Origin: Candidatus Desulfatifera sulfidica
GTDB taxonomy: Bacteria > Desulfobacterota > Desulfobulbia > Desulfobulbales > Desulfocapsaceae
Length of the DNA: 64,000 nucleotides
Direction: 5' to 3'
Assembly (NCBI GenBank): GCA_014381505.1
Contig: JACNLK010000033.1
Coordinates: 4,583-68,582 of the forward strand
The position numbers and the translations under genes were made by a program. The notes under the pieces are model-generated. The model saw nothing but the letters and a program-made list of their open reading frames with translations. It searched no databases and was not told the origin of the DNA. Shown piece by piece: positions 42,486 through 52,670 of the stretch; within the stretch, counting starts at the first letter, position 1; every line of letters begins with the position of its first letter.

Positions 42486-43805
42486 TTATCCACGATCAGA
42501 CTTGAGTCGCTCGGATACAGAAGATGCGTGGGCGCTTAAACCCTCAAGCCCGGCAAGAAGCTGGATGGCGTCTGCATCTTCCTCCAGGGCCTGCCTGGAA
42601 TAGCTGACAATCGAACTTTTCTTGAGAAATGTCTCGACCCCCAACGCCGAAGAAAAACGAGCCGTTCCCATGGTGGGCAAAACGTGATTGGGACCGGCCA
42701 AATAATCACCGGCAGCCTCGGGTGTATGGTGACCGAGAAAGATTGCCCCGGCATGACGAATACGCGGCAGCTGCGCCCAAGGATCAGCAATCATCAGTTC
42801 CAGATGTTCAATGGCAATATCATTAGTCAGATCAATGGCCTCATCAAGGTCATCCACACACAGAATCAGACCGCGTTCGGCAAGAGAACGCCTGGCAATC
42901 TCCCGTCGCGAAAGATTGGCGAGTTGACGCGTCAACTCCGCCTCCACCTGTGGCACAAGATCATGATCAACAGTCAATAATACAGCCCGAGCCATGGGGT
43001 CATGCTCGGCCTGAGCCAGCATATCGGCAGCCACATGGACAGGGTTTGCCGTCTCATCGGCCACGATCAGGACTTCAGACGGCCCGGCAATCATGTCAAT
43101 TCGGACCAGTCCTGAGACCTGAGACTTGGCCTCAGCGACAAATTGATTTCCGGGACCAACAACCACATCCACAGCCGGAATGGTCTCTGTACCATAGGCC
43201 AGTGCTGCAATAGCCCATGCGGAACCAGCCTTGTAAATCTCGCTGATTCCGATTTCCTGGGCGGCAACCAGAAGATAAGGACTCACCCCCCCTTCACTGT
43301 TGGGTGGAGTAATCATCACCCGGCGATCAACACCGGCAATTCCGGCCGGAATTCCGTTCATCAACACTGATGACACCAGTGGGGTCGATCCACCCTGACC
43401 ACCGGGTACATAGAGCCCGGCAGCATCCACCGGACGCACCAGACGACCGACGATGGTCCCGTTTTCACGAGTCTGCATCCACGAATCTTCCATTTCCCGC
43501 TCATGAAAGGTCTGAATGCGTTCAATAGCCGTAGATAAGGCCGCCATAAAGGGCTGATCCACCTGCTCATAGGCGGCCAGCATCTCAGCGGTCGTGACCT
43601 GCAAATCGCTCTCGGCCATGTCAGGGGCATCAAACTTACGAGTGTAAGCCAATACGGCAGCATCCCCCTGTTCACGGACGTCACGAAGGATTTCACTTAC
43701 AGAGTCTCTGCAGCTTTCATCGGCAGCCTCAAAACGACCAAGGAGCTCGGCAATGGCCCGCTCGCCCTCTTCGGTACTGGTTTTCAAAGATTTGATCAGT
43801 TTCAT
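42486..43805 (-). CDS. hisD: Histidinol dehydrogenase
   Basis: 'AGPSEVLIVADETANP', 'AQAEHD' and 'GDYLAGPNHVLPT' motifs. Length is 439 aa. Confidence 0.95.
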   Translation of the reverse strand: MKLIKSLKTSTEEGERAIAELLGRFEAADESCRDSVSEILRDVREQGDAAVLAYTRKFDAPDMAESDLQVTTAEMLAAYEQVDQPFMAALSTAIERIQTFHEREMEDSWMQTRENGTIVGRLVRPVDAAGLYVPGGQGGSTPLVSSVLMNGIPAGIAGVDRRVMITPPNSEGGVSPYLLVAAQEIGISEIYKAGSAWAIAALAYGTETIPAVDVVVGPGNQFVAEAKSQVSGLVRIDMIAGPSEVLIVADETANPVHVAADMLAQAEHDPMARAVLLTVDHDLVPQVEAELTRQLANLSRREIARRSLAERGLILCVDDLDEAIDLTNDIAIEHLELMIADPWAQLPRIRHAGAIFLGHHTPEAAGDYLAGPNHVLPTMGTARFSSALGVETFLKKSSIVSYSRQALEEDADAIQLLAGLEGLSAHASSVSERLKSDRG

Positions 43806-43920
43806 TGTAAACCTAATTAAATAAAAGATACATTAAGGAATCGATTTCGATATACTTGCAAAAATAGTTCAAAATTCATGGTTGACTGCAGCCAACTCCG
43901 GGCAGTAAGCCAACCAACAC

Positions 43921-44607
43921 TCAAGCCCGGCTCCCCCAATGAACGGCAATCGTCCCCAACATGAACTTACGATATCCAACCTCACTGAAGCCAGCTTTTC
44001 GGAAAAGGCTCGCCAACTCCTCAGCCCGATGAAACTCCATGGTCGAGCCAGTGAGATAGGCATAGGCCGCCTTGTCCCGGGCAATCATGCGCCCGAGTAA
44101 CGGAATGCCAAAACGGAAATATAGACGCACCAAGGGCGCGGTGAGGCTCTTATCTGGCGGTGTGGTATCGAGACAGACCACCCGGCCACCTGGTTTCAGC
44201 ACCCGACAGACCTCACGCAGCACCGCTAGGGAGTCATCAACATTGCGGAGCAAATAACCAAAGGTCACCGCGTCAAAGCTCTGGTCCCGATAGGGGAGAC
44301 AGTTGGCATCACAGGCCTGCCAGGAAACGGCTTCCAGGGCAAAACGCCTTTGGGCCTCATGAAGCATATTCTGTGAAAAATCGGCACCAATGACCGCCAA
44401 CCCCGGTCGCTGACGGCAAGCAAGAACCGCAATATCACCAGTACCCGTGGCAAGATCAAGGACACGACCATGCTCGGGTGGCCGGGCCTTCTCCACCACA
44501 AAACGGCGCCATCGCTGATCCTGCCCCATGGTCATGACTCTGTTCATCAGATCATAACGACCGGCAATGGCATCAAACATCTTCTGTACCGCTGGTCCCT
44601 TAGTCAC
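43921..44607 (-). CDS. ubiE: Demethylmenaquinone/ubiquinone C-methyltransferase (UbiE/MenG family)
   Basis: 'VQKMFDAIAGRYDLMNRVMTMGQDQRWRR', SAM motif 'VLDLATGTGD', and 'FGYLLRNV'. Confidence 0.85.
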   Translation of the reverse strand: MTKGPAVQKMFDAIAGRYDLMNRVMTMGQDQRWRRFVVEKARPPEHGRVLDLATGTGDIAVLACRQRPGLAVIGADFSQNMLHEAQRRFALEAVSWQACDANCLPYRDQSFDAVTFGYLLRNVDDSLAVLREVCRVLKPGGRVVCLDTTPPDKSLTAPLVRLYFRFGIPLLGRMIARDKAAYAYLTGSTMEFHRAEELASLFRKAGFSEVGYRKFMLGTIAVHWGSRA

Positions 44608-44673
44608 GGCACACTCTCCGCTTATCCATTGTCACTGCTTATCCTCCACAATTTTCCACCATAGCAATTACAA

Positions 44674-46050
44674 TCAGCAAGGGGCAAACCCCGGCGTGCG
44701 CGGGAAGGGAATCACCTCGCGAATATTCTGCATTCCGGTCACATATTGAACCAAGCGTTCAAAACCAAGGCCAAAGCCAGCATGGGGCGCAGTGCCATAA
44801 CGGCGCAAATCAAGATACCAGCCATACTCCTCTGAATCAAGACCTGCCTCCTCCATCCGCGCCAGTAACGGCTCAAGACGCTCCTCACGCTGACTCCCCC
44901 CGACAATCTCACCAATTCCAGGGACCAGGATATCCATGGCAGCCACGGTGCGGCCATCCTCATTCATCCGCATGTAAAAAGGCTTGATGGCGGCCGGATA
45001 ATTAGTGACAATCAAAGGGCGACCATAGACGTCTTCGCAAAGATAACGCTCGTGCTCGGATTGCAGATCAATGCCCCAACTCACGGGAAATTCAAAAAGA
45101 CGGTCGGCTGCCAGCAGCTGGTCCACAGCCTCTGTATAGGTGATGCGGGCAAAATCCTGATCAACGACCTGCTGCAGGCGCGCAATCAGCCCCTTGTCTA
45201 TAAAACGATCAAACATTTGCAGATCAGGACCGCAATGCTCCAGGACATCTGCCAGCAGATATCGTAGCAGATCTTCAGCCAGGGCCATATTGCATGCCAG
45301 ATCGCAGAAGGCCATTTCCGGTTCAATCATCCAAAATTCGGCCAGATGGCGACTGGTATTGGAATTTTCGGCCCGGAAAGTCGGCCCGAAAGTATAAACC
45401 CGCCCCAAAGCCTGGGCATAGACCTCGGCCTGTAACTGTCCACTCACCGTAAGCCCTGCCCGGCGACCAAAAAACTCATGCTGCCCCTGCCCGTCACTCT
45501 GGTCACTTTGACCACCGGCAGTTGTCACCTGAAACATCTCGCCTGCACCTTCACAGTCGCTGGTGGTGATAATCGGAGTATGAACCTGAATAAATCCTCG
45601 CTCAGCAAAAAAATGGTTCACGGCCAGAGCAAGTCTCCCCCTGACTCTGGCCACTGCAGCCAAGGCATTGGTACGAGGGCGCAAATGACTGAGGTTGCGA
45701 AGAAACTCAAAGCTGTGCCTCTTCTTCTGCAGAGGATAGGTCTCCGGGTCAGCCCATCCCAAGACTCGAACAGCGCTGGCCACAAGCTCCACGGCCTGTC
45801 CCTTTGCTGGTGAGTCTTGCAGCTGCCCTGAAATCTCAACACTGCAGCCGGTGGTCAGTTTTTTAATTTCCGTCACATAATTGGCAAGTTCCTGATCGGC
45901 AATGATCTGCAAGCCGGTCAGGCACGAGCCATCAGTCAATTCAAGAAATGAAAAACCACCGCTATCGCGACGGGTTCGAACCCAACCCGAGACCACAAGT
46001 TCTGCACCGACATCTGCCCGGTTCAGGATGGTACATATCTGCTGCTGCAT
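44674..46050 (-). CDS. asnS: Asparagine--tRNA ligase
   Basis: OB-fold N-terminus and class II motifs ('[21 protein letters not shown]', 'GGSQRE', '[10 protein letters not shown]'). Length is 458 aa. Confidence 0.93.
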   Translation of the reverse strand: MQQQICTILNRADVGAELVVSGWVRTRRDSGGFSFLELTDGSCLTGLQIIADQELANYVTEIKKLTTGCSVEISGQLQDSPAKGQAVELVASAVRVLGWADPETYPLQKKRHSFEFLRNLSHLRPRTNALAAVARVRGRLALAVNHFFAERGFIQVHTPIITTSDCEGAGEMFQVTTAGGQSDQSDGQGQHEFFGRRAGLTVSGQLQAEVYAQALGRVYTFGPTFRAENSNTSRHLAEFWMIEPEMAFCDLACNMALAEDLLRYLLADVLEHCGPDLQMFDRFIDKGLIARLQQVVDQDFARITYTEAVDQLLAADRLFEFPVSWGIDLQSEHERYLCEDVYGRPLIVTNYPAAIKPFYMRMNEDGRTVAAMDILVPGIGEIVGGSQREERLEPLLARMEEAGLDSEEYGWYLDLRRYGTAPHAGFGLGFERLVQYVTGMQNIREVIPFPRTPGFAPC

Positions 46051-46183
46051 TTAATTCTCAACCTTCTTTCGTTAATTATAATTCAAACGCAATTTCACGG
46101 GGGACAATTGCCTCACTCATCTTCGCCCCCCCTATCCTTTATCGCTCTCACATGTGCAATAATGGCCAACAACACGGCCCTGT

Positions 46184-47089
46184 TCACAGATTTTTATTTC
46201 CTGAATGGTCATACAAAACCAGTTCACCGTCACCAGAAAGACGACTCGGCACAACACCTGCCATCTCAGCCAAATGCGCTCCCACAACTGGGCACTTGAC
46301 AGTCAGGAGGAAAAAAATCTGTCTATCAACCTCAGACAGGGTCTCAAAATTCCCCTGCCCCTTTGAAATAACCAGATCGGCAGACCAGAAACACTCCTGC
46401 AGCTCAGACGAACAACGGGTGAGCGGTGTACCAGGACAAGCCGTGCCATTACTGATTATTCGGGCATGACGATCCATACCGCAATGAGAGGCATCGCTAA
46501 TCAGGGCATCATTGATGATCGGCGCCCCCTTGACCGCAACAATCACGTCAAGCCCGCGATCACTCAAGAGCTCAACCACCAGGGAATCATAGACGATCTC
46601 ACCGCAATTGTCAGCCAGATAGAGAACCTTGGCGCTAGGTGGCAAGCCCTCCACCACCCCCAAGAGCGCCTGAATGTGATCAATGACCAGAGGTACCTCC
46701 CGACAGACAGCCAATGCAGCTCCGATGTCAAACTTTTTCAGCGCCCCGTAATCAATAATATTCCCGCCAATAGCCAGGCGAAAAGCCAGGGCCAACGGGG
46801 AATCAGCCGCTCTGATCTCTTTTTGCAGAGCTGGCAACACAGCCAATGCCTGGTCATTTGACTGATTCTTCAGCTCCAGATAAGGATCAGGGTTACGGCT
46901 GAGCCGGGCAATCATGGCATAAAAATCCACCGAATTTTCCGGTGGTGTCCGGTTCATATCCATTTTTTGGATCAAACTGGCGGCCTCGTGTAAAATCATC
47001 AGTTGAACTTCCGGATCTGCTGTGCTGATCCGACCGGCCCGCAAAGCCTGATTCAAAAAACAGGGGAGACAGTCAAGTGCAGTTTTCAC
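46184..47089 (-). CDS. DUF89 (ARMT1-like damage-control phosphatase) family protein
   Basis: 'YLADNCGEIVYD' (DxxGxE) and 'ISKGQGNFETL' motifs. The GTG start overlaps the stop of the upstream PP-loop ATPase gene. Confidence 0.75.
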   Translation of the reverse strand: MKTALDCLPCFLNQALRAGRISTADPEVQLMILHEAASLIQKMDMNRTPPENSVDFYAMIARLSRNPDPYLELKNQSNDQALAVLPALQKEIRAADSPLALAFRLAIGGNIIDYGALKKFDIGAALAVCREVPLVIDHIQALLGVVEGLPPSAKVLYLADNCGEIVYDSLVVELLSDRGLDVIVAVKGAPIINDALISDASHCGMDRHARIISNGTACPGTPLTRCSSELQECFWSADLVISKGQGNFETLSEVDRQIFFLLTVKCPVVGAHLAEMAGVVPSRLSGDGELVLYDHSGNKNL

Positions 47090-47823
47090 AGAAGGTACTC
47101 CTGGCGAACATTCCCCATGGCAGTAAAAATTGAAGACCTGGCAGAGGGCTCTTGTTCATATATTTCATCCAACCAGCCTCTCACCTGTTCACGCCGAGTT
47201 CTGCCGGCCAAAGGACACGGATTAACCAGACACTGGAAACCGAGCCGGTTTGCAATTTTTTCAATTTCTGCCTTGATAATATAGGCCAACGGACGAATCA
47301 GGGTCAATCGTCCGGCAAACAGATCCTGGCGCGGAATCATAGTCGATATGTTACCGCTGTAAAACATATTAAGGAACAGAGTCTCAATCAAATCGTCCTG
47401 GTGATGGCCAAAGGCTATCTTGTTACATTTCCACTCTCGCGCCAACTCAAAGAGCTGTTGTCGTCGATTACGGGCACAAAGGAAACAGCTTTCCTTGTCT
47501 TTACCCCCCAGACGTCTCCCGCGTACCGCCTCCATTTCAAGTCCGACACGCGCAAGTTCCCGGCGCACCCAGGACACTGGAGTCACCTGCCCTGCCAACT
47601 CGTCAACCGACTCAGAAAAGCCCATATCCACATGAACCATTCGCAATGCATAAAAGATCGGGGCCTTGGCTCGCCAGTAGTCCAACAGCCAGGCCAGAAC
47701 CAAACTATCAACACCGCCCGAAACAGCCACCAAAACCCGGTCACCTTCGGCAAGCATAGCATGGTCATGCATGGCCCGTCCGATACGACGGTTCACTGTG
47801 GGATCAAGAATCTTACCTGTCAT
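47086..47823 (-). CDS. PP-loop ATPase, TtcA-like tRNA thiolation enzyme
   Basis: PP-loop 'VAVSGGVDS', Cys motifs 'CFLCARNRR' and 'CPLAG', and 'KIAFGHHQDD'. Confidence 0.8.
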   Translation of the reverse strand: MTGKILDPTVNRRIGRAMHDHAMLAEGDRVLVAVSGGVDSLVLAWLLDYWRAKAPIFYALRMVHVDMGFSESVDELAGQVTPVSWVRRELARVGLEMEAVRGRRLGGKDKESCFLCARNRRQQLFELAREWKCNKIAFGHHQDDLIETLFLNMFYSGNISTMIPRQDLFAGRLTLIRPLAYIIKAEIEKIANRLGFQCLVNPCPLAGRTRREQVRGWLDEIYEQEPSARSSIFTAMGNVRQEYLL

Positions 47824-47987
47824 TTAACGTTCCGATGGCCTTAACAAATTCCCAATAAATCCTGTGAAGAGCCGGCAGGAAACACTCCGCCGGTTCTGCC
47901 GCTTCACAGTGCCAACAAAAAACGCCCGCCAGCTCCCGGTTCGGGGAACATGGCAGGCGCCTCAACACAGCGGTTGCCTCCCGACTA

Positions 47988-48644
47988 TCAAGGTACCCCA
48001 TCAGACTCCTGGAGATACGGTGACCCTCGCAAGGTCTTACGTACAGCCTGAGCAGTCAATTCCTCGACCGTAACCCACTTAAATCCACGCATGAGGGCCT
48101 TATTCAACGAAAAAAGGTTCCCCAGAACACTATCCTGCGTCTCATCCACAGAAGAATGCCAAAGTGTTTTCCCAGTAGCCGCCTGAACAAGACGCATCTC
48201 AAAGGCTGAAGAGGCCGGTGTATTGACAGAATAATCACTCCCGTCGCGCTGCTCATAGCGCCGAATTTCTGTCTGCAAAACGGCATCGCAGCCGACACTC
48301 TCCGCCAACTGCCGTAACTCAGCCAAACGATCATGACCAACTGCCACTTCGATCTGTGCCATGGGTGAAACCTGACGTATCTGTTCACGTCCTACTAAAT
48401 CTTCAGCCATGATTTGATCAATCAAGGCCGCACCCTGTTCAAGCCTGGTTCGATCTTTAATCTCAAGACGAATATCCGGGGCAACAACTGTGGGGAGAAT
48501 CGCAATGCACTGCACATCCTCATGCTGCACAGCAACCTGACCAGGAATAAATCGTGATGAACAACCACTTGCCAGTAAAACGGGCAAACCAGTCACAACC
48601 AACAACAGCAACAGACTCAACTTCTTCATCTGCTTATTCATCAC
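47988..48644 (-). CDS. Lipoprotein of unknown function (possibly DUF799/GNA1162-like)
   Basis: Signal peptide with lipobox 'LLASGC'. The family guess is weak. Length is 218 aa. Confidence 0.55.
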   Translation of the reverse strand: MMNKQMKKLSLLLLLVVTGLPVLLASGCSSRFIPGQVAVQHEDVQCIAILPTVVAPDIRLEIKDRTRLEQGAALIDQIMAEDLVGREQIRQVSPMAQIEVAVGHDRLAELRQLAESVGCDAVLQTEIRRYEQRDGSDYSVNTPASSAFEMRLVQAATGKTLWHSSVDETQDSVLGNLFSLNKALMRGFKWVTVEELTAQAVRKTLRGSPYLQESDGVP

Positions 48645-48656
48645 AGCTCCCCTCCC

Positions 48657-49256
48657 CTACAGACTCCCCTTGGACGACAGAGCACCACTCAAACCACTCC
48701 GTCGCAGACAGGCCTCGTTCATGGCACGACCCAACCCCTTAAACACAGCCTCTATAATATGGTGCGTATTCTCTCCATGGAGCAGATCAACGTGCAGCGT
48801 CACACCAGCCTGCAGGGCAAATGCCCGCAAAAACTCCTGAGCCAGGGCAGAATCAAAACGACCAACCTTTTGATCTGGAACCCGGACCTCGTAATGTAAA
48901 AAAGGACGATTTGAGACATCAACCACCACCCGGGCGAGTGCCTCATCCATGGGAAGATAACAAAGGCCATATCGACAGATACCACCTTTATCGCCCAAGG
49001 CTTGAGAAAAAGCCTGGCCAAGACAGATGCCAACATCTTCAACCGTATGATGATCATCAACTTCAACATCACCAACGGCCTTAATCGTAAGATCAAAGAA
49101 ACCGTGTACCGCAAAAAGCGTTAACATATGATCAAGAAAGGGCACACCGGTGTCAACACTGGTCTGACCATTCCCATCAAGGGCAAGCTCTAATCGGATA
49201 TCAGTTTCCCTGGTGACCCGCTCAACCAAACCCTGTCGTTGCGCTGCTGCTGTCAT
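48657..49256 (-). CDS. hisB: Imidazoleglycerol-phosphate dehydratase
   Basis: 'VTRETDIRLEL', 'GVPFLDHML', 'DDHHTVEDVGI' and 'GENTHHIIEAVFK' motifs. ATG 49256 follows GGAGAG. Confidence 0.93.
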   Translation of the reverse strand: MTAAAQRQGLVERVTRETDIRLELALDGNGQTSVDTGVPFLDHMLTLFAVHGFFDLTIKAVGDVEVDDHHTVEDVGICLGQAFSQALGDKGGICRYGLCYLPMDEALARVVVDVSNRPFLHYEVRVPDQKVGRFDSALAQEFLRAFALQAGVTLHVDLLHGENTHHIIEAVFKGLGRAMNEACLRRSGLSGALSSKGSL

Positions 49257-49457
49257 GATTACTCTCCACTGGTCAATGACCCAAAACAAAGGCTCTGCCT
49301 AAGTGATTTGGGGACCAGACAAAAATTATTACAATTTACCTAGCCAGTCTGAATTATATAGATTATATAGCACAGACCGTTGCGAAAGACCTATTTCTTT
49401 TTCCAAAGAGATGGCAAAAATTTAACAATCCGGCCCATCTACAAAACAGTTTTTCTG

Positions 49458-49486
49458 TTGACATGCACATGTCGGTCTGTTAAAGT
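49458..49486 (+). promoter_or_regulatory. Putative sigma70 promoter for tRNA-Gly
   Basis: TTGACA (49458-49463), a 17-nt spacer, then TAAAGT (49481-49486). It lies ~50 nt upstream of the tRNA. Confidence 0.4.
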
Positions 49487-49536
49487 CGTCTCGTTTCAGG
49501 GCTTAACAATTAAGCATTCAGCCCCTTACAAGATGA

Positions 49537-49611
49537 GCGGGAATAACTCAGTGGTAGAGTGTAACCTTGCCAAGGTTGAAGTCGCGAGTTCGAATCTCGT
49601 TTCCCGCTCCA
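49537..49611 (+). tRNA. tRNA-Gly (anticodon GCC), CCA encoded
   Basis: The cloverleaf was folded by hand. Acceptor GCGGGAA/UUCCCGC, D stem ACUC/GAGU, anticodon stem UAACC/GGUUG with loop UUGCCAA. T arm GCGAG-UUCGAAU-CUCGU, discriminator U, then CCA. Confidence 0.95.
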
Positions 49612-49623
49612 CTCAGACTGCAC

Positions 49624-49654
49624 AAGGTTCGACATTAGCTCGAACCTTTTTTTA
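49624..49654 (+). terminator. Rho-independent terminator after tRNA-Gly
   Basis: Stem AAGGTTCGA / TCGAACCTT, 7-nt loop, followed by TTTTTT. Confidence 0.8.
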
Positions 49655-49685
49655 TTAAAACAGCACTACCCTGCAGAGGAACACC

Positions 49686-50114
49686 ATGAAAACTTACCTG
49701 ACTCCTGTAAGTGAGATCGATAAGAAATGGTATGTGGTCAACGCCGAGAATAAAGTACTGGGACGTCTTGCCTCAGAGGTCGCCTCCCGACTGCGCGGCA
49801 AGCATAAGCCCACCTACTCCACCTTCATTGACAACGGCGACTTCATCGTCATCACCAATGCCGAGAAGATTCAACTCACCGGCAAAAAATGGGATGACAA
49901 GATTTATTACCGTCACACCGGCTATATGGGCGGACTCAAAGAGCAGACTGCCAAAGAACTGATGGCCAAACACCCAACCGACCTGATCATAAAGGCCGTC
50001 AAAGGCATGCTCCCAAAGAACAGACTCGGTCGTCAGCAGCTGAAAAAACTCAAGGTCTACACTGGCACCAACCATCCTCATGCTGCCCAGATGCCTGTTG
50101 AGCTTAATTTATAA
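49686..50114 (+). CDS. rplM: 50S ribosomal protein L13
   Basis: '[32 protein letters not shown]' is canonical L13. Length is 142 aa. Confidence 0.97.
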   Translation: MKTYLTPVSEIDKKWYVVNAENKVLGRLASEVASRLRGKHKPTYSTFIDNGDFIVITNAEKIQLTGKKWDDKIYYRHTGYMGGLKEQTAKELMAKHPTDLIIKAVKGMLPKNRLGRQQLKKLKVYTGTNHPHAAQMPVELNL

Positions 50115-50140
50115 TTTTCATCACCACGGAGAAGAGTAAC

Positions 50141-50533
50141 ATGGCCCAGGATCGTTTTTACGCCACAGGAAAGAGAAAGACCGCCATTGCTCGCGTCTGG
50201 ATCACCCCCGGCAGCGGCAAGGTAACAGTCAACACCATGAATGCTGAAGACTACTTCGGTCGCACCTTCAAGCTCCACAAGATCGAACGCCCCTTCAAGG
50301 CGACCGAAAACGTAGAGAAATATGATGTAGTCGCCACTCTTAAGGGCGGTGGTAAGTCAGCTCAGGTTGATGCACTCTCTCACGGTATCTCCCGTGCCCT
50401 GCTCGAAGTAGACCCTGAGCTGCGTTTGTCCCTTAAAAAATCAGGCCTTCTGACTCGCGACCCACGTATGAAAGAGCGCAAGAAATACGGACAAAAAGGC
50501 GCCCGCGCCAAGTTCCAGTTCTCAAAACGTTAA
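50141..50533 (+). CDS. rpsI: 30S ribosomal protein S9
   Basis: 'YATGKRKTAIARVW' and C-terminal 'RDPRMKERKKYGQKGARAKFQFSKR'. Length is 130 aa. Confidence 0.97.
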   Translation: MAQDRFYATGKRKTAIARVWITPGSGKVTVNTMNAEDYFGRTFKLHKIERPFKATENVEKYDVVATLKGGGKSAQVDALSHGISRALLEVDPELRLSLKKSGLLTRDPRMKERKKYGQKGARAKFQFSKR

Positions 50534-50626
50534 GAGTATCTTCTGTTGTCCCCCCGTTGAAACATTACTCAACGGGCTCCTGGATGTGACACTAAGACTT
50601 CCAGACACAGACAGATTTTCAAGAAA

Positions 50627-50658
50627 GGGGATAACAGATAATCTGTTATCCCCTTTTT
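50627..50658 (+). terminator. Rho-independent terminator after rpsI
   Basis: Stem GGGGATAACAG / CTGTTATCCCC, 5-nt loop, followed by TTTTT. Confidence 0.85.
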
Positions 50659-50675
50659 CTATTTAGGTGACCTCA

Positions 50676-51716
50676 ATGATCAATGTCGCAATCATCGGCG
50701 CCTCCGGTTACACCGGAGTGGAACTTACCCGCATCCTCTGCAATCATCCTGAAATCCGCCTGACGGCAGCCACTTCACGTCAATATGCAGGCAAACCTCT
50801 GGCTGAAGTCTTCCCCAATCTCAGGGGAAAGACCGAGTTGATCTGTGAAAATCTCGGTCTTGATGAACTGTGCGAACGAGCCGACTTATTTTTCACCGCA
50901 GTCCCCCACAAAACGGCCATGGACATAGTCCCCAGCCTCTTGCGTGCCGGAAAAAAAGTCATTGATCTCTCCGCTGATTTTCGCCTGCGGGATGTTGCCG
51001 TCTACGAACAATGGTACCAGGCTCACTCATCACCGGAACTGATCAATGAGGCGGTTTACGGACTCCCCGAGCTCTACCGCGAACAAATCAAAAACGCACG
51101 CCTGGTGGCTAATCCGGGCTGCTACCCGACCTCGATCATTCTTGGCCTGAACCCACTCCTTAAACAGGGCGTCATCGACCCATCAACCATCATTGCAGAC
51201 TCCAAATCCGGCACATCCGGTGCGGGTCGCGCTGCCTCGGTTGGTTCTCTTTTCTGCGAAGTTGCAGATGGTTTTCGCGCCTACAAAGTAGGTGGATCTC
51301 ATCGCCATATCCCTGAGATTGAGCAGGAAATTAACGCCCTGGGCAACTGCGCAAGCAAAATCTCTTTCACGCCGCACCTGCTCCCCATCTCCCGCGGCAT
51401 CCTGAGTACGGTCTACGCCACCCCGATCAAAGATTTTAAATTGAGCGAACTGACCGCACTCTACGAGGATGTGTACCGCGATGAACCCTTTGTCCGCCTT
51501 CTACCGGCTGGCAGCTCCCCCGCGACCCAATACGTGCGCGGTTCAAACTTCTGCGATATCTCCATCAACCACGACCTGCGCACCAACCGTCTGATCGTCC
51601 TGTCAGCCATTGACAATGTTGTTAAAGGCGCAGCTGGACAGGCAATACAAAACATGAACCTGATGCTCGGCCTGCCTGAAATTACCAGCCTGGAAGGTGC
51701 TCCCTTTTTTCCCTGA
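50676..51716 (+). CDS. argC: N-acetyl-gamma-glutamyl-phosphate reductase
   Basis: '[14 protein letters not shown]' and the catalytic-Cys motif 'ANPGCYPTS'. ATG 50676 is preferred because the GTG at 50667 lies inside the AGGTGA RBS. Confidence 0.93.
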   Translation: MINVAIIGASGYTGVELTRILCNHPEIRLTAATSRQYAGKPLAEVFPNLRGKTELICENLGLDELCERADLFFTAVPHKTAMDIVPSLLRAGKKVIDLSADFRLRDVAVYEQWYQAHSSPELINEAVYGLPELYREQIKNARLVANPGCYPTSIILGLNPLLKQGVIDPSTIIADSKSGTSGAGRAASVGSLFCEVADGFRAYKVGGSHRHIPEIEQEINALGNCASKISFTPHLLPISRGILSTVYATPIKDFKLSELTALYEDVYRDEPFVRLLPAGSSPATQYVRGSNFCDISINHDLRTNRLIVLSAIDNVVKGAAGQAIQNMNLMLGLPEITSLEGAPFFP

Positions 51717-51743
51717 TCAACAGACCAGGCACTCTGACCGGGA

Positions 51744-52517
51744 ATGCGTAACATCAAACTAACCATAGCCTTTGACGGCGCCGATTTTCAGGGCTGGCAG
51801 CGTCAAAAAAGCGATCGCACCATCCAGGGTGAGCTTGAAAACCGCTTGCAGATCATGACACAGGGTGATGTGTCTGTGATCGGAGCAGGACGGACCGACG
51901 CCGGAGTTCATGCCAGAGGCATGGTCGCCAGTTTCAAAACTCAGTCCAGGATCAGCTGCCAGGCCTTTCTCCAGGGACTCAACTCCCTCCTCCCGCTTTC
52001 CATCCGTATTTTGGACGCAAGCGAGGCTGCTGCTGACTTTCATGCCCGCTTTGACGCCCAGGCCAAGACTTACAGCTATCATATTGACACAAGCAAAATC
52101 CAGTCGCCACACAAGCGGCTCTACGCCCTACATGTCCCTGCATCACTTAATCTTGAACGATTACAATGCGCTCTGGAGAAAATTGTCGGCCAATACGACT
52201 TTGCAAGCTTTGAAGCAACAGGCTCCCGCGACCTCACTCTAACCACAGGTCGAGGCAGCATACGCACGATTCACAAGGCTTCCCTGCAAACACAAGGCAG
52301 TCATTCAGTGATCCTTACCTTTTCAGGCGACGGATTTCTGCGGCACATGGTTCGCAATCTGGTGGGGACCCTGATCGACGTGGGCAAAGGACGAACAAGT
52401 CCTGCAGAATTCGCTCACATCCTTGCGGCTGCCAACCGCAGCGCGGCAGGGGCAACAGCCCCAGCACACGGCCTCTTTCTGGAAGCCGTTCATTATGCCC
52501 CCCCTCTTCTCAACTGA
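51744..52517 (+). CDS. truA: tRNA pseudouridine(38-40) synthase TruA
   Basis: 'IAFDGADFQGWQRQ', catalytic 'GAGRTDAGVHA', and 'FLRHMVRNLVGTL'. Confidence 0.92.
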   Translation: MRNIKLTIAFDGADFQGWQRQKSDRTIQGELENRLQIMTQGDVSVIGAGRTDAGVHARGMVASFKTQSRISCQAFLQGLNSLLPLSIRILDASEAAADFHARFDAQAKTYSYHIDTSKIQSPHKRLYALHVPASLNLERLQCALEKIVGQYDFASFEATGSRDLTLTTGRGSIRTIHKASLQTQGSHSVILTFSGDGFLRHMVRNLVGTLIDVGKGRTSPAEFAHILAAANRSAAGATAPAHGLFLEAVHYAPPLLN

Positions 52518-52601
52518 CACCCAGGACAGAACCTGCTTCCGAAAAACTACCATCCGACCATAACACAAGCAGAAGTCCTTCCCTCTTCATTTCCAAACAA
52601 C

Positions 52602-52644
52602 AAAAAAAAGGCCGACCCAAACTCTTGCGAGTCCGAAATCGGCC
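52602..52644 (-). terminator. Rho-independent terminator for the minus-strand aminotransferase gene
   Basis: On the minus strand, hairpin GGCCGA...TCGGCC (with inner ACTC/GAGT pairing) is followed by T8 (A-run 52602-52609 on the plus strand). Confidence 0.6.
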
Positions 52645-52670
52645 CATGGCTCCAGAAACGGAATATTATC

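Noticed and set aside
47152-47844. 230-aa plus-strand ORF opposite the TtcA-like gene
   Set aside because: It is an antisense shadow ORF. The opposite strand carries the PP-loop and Cys motifs.
49351-49375. Tandem ATTATATAG ATTATATAG upstream of hisB / tRNA-Gly
   Set aside because: This short AT-rich duplication sits in a divergent promoter region. It is plausibly just -10-like sequence and is too short to claim as a repeat element or operator.
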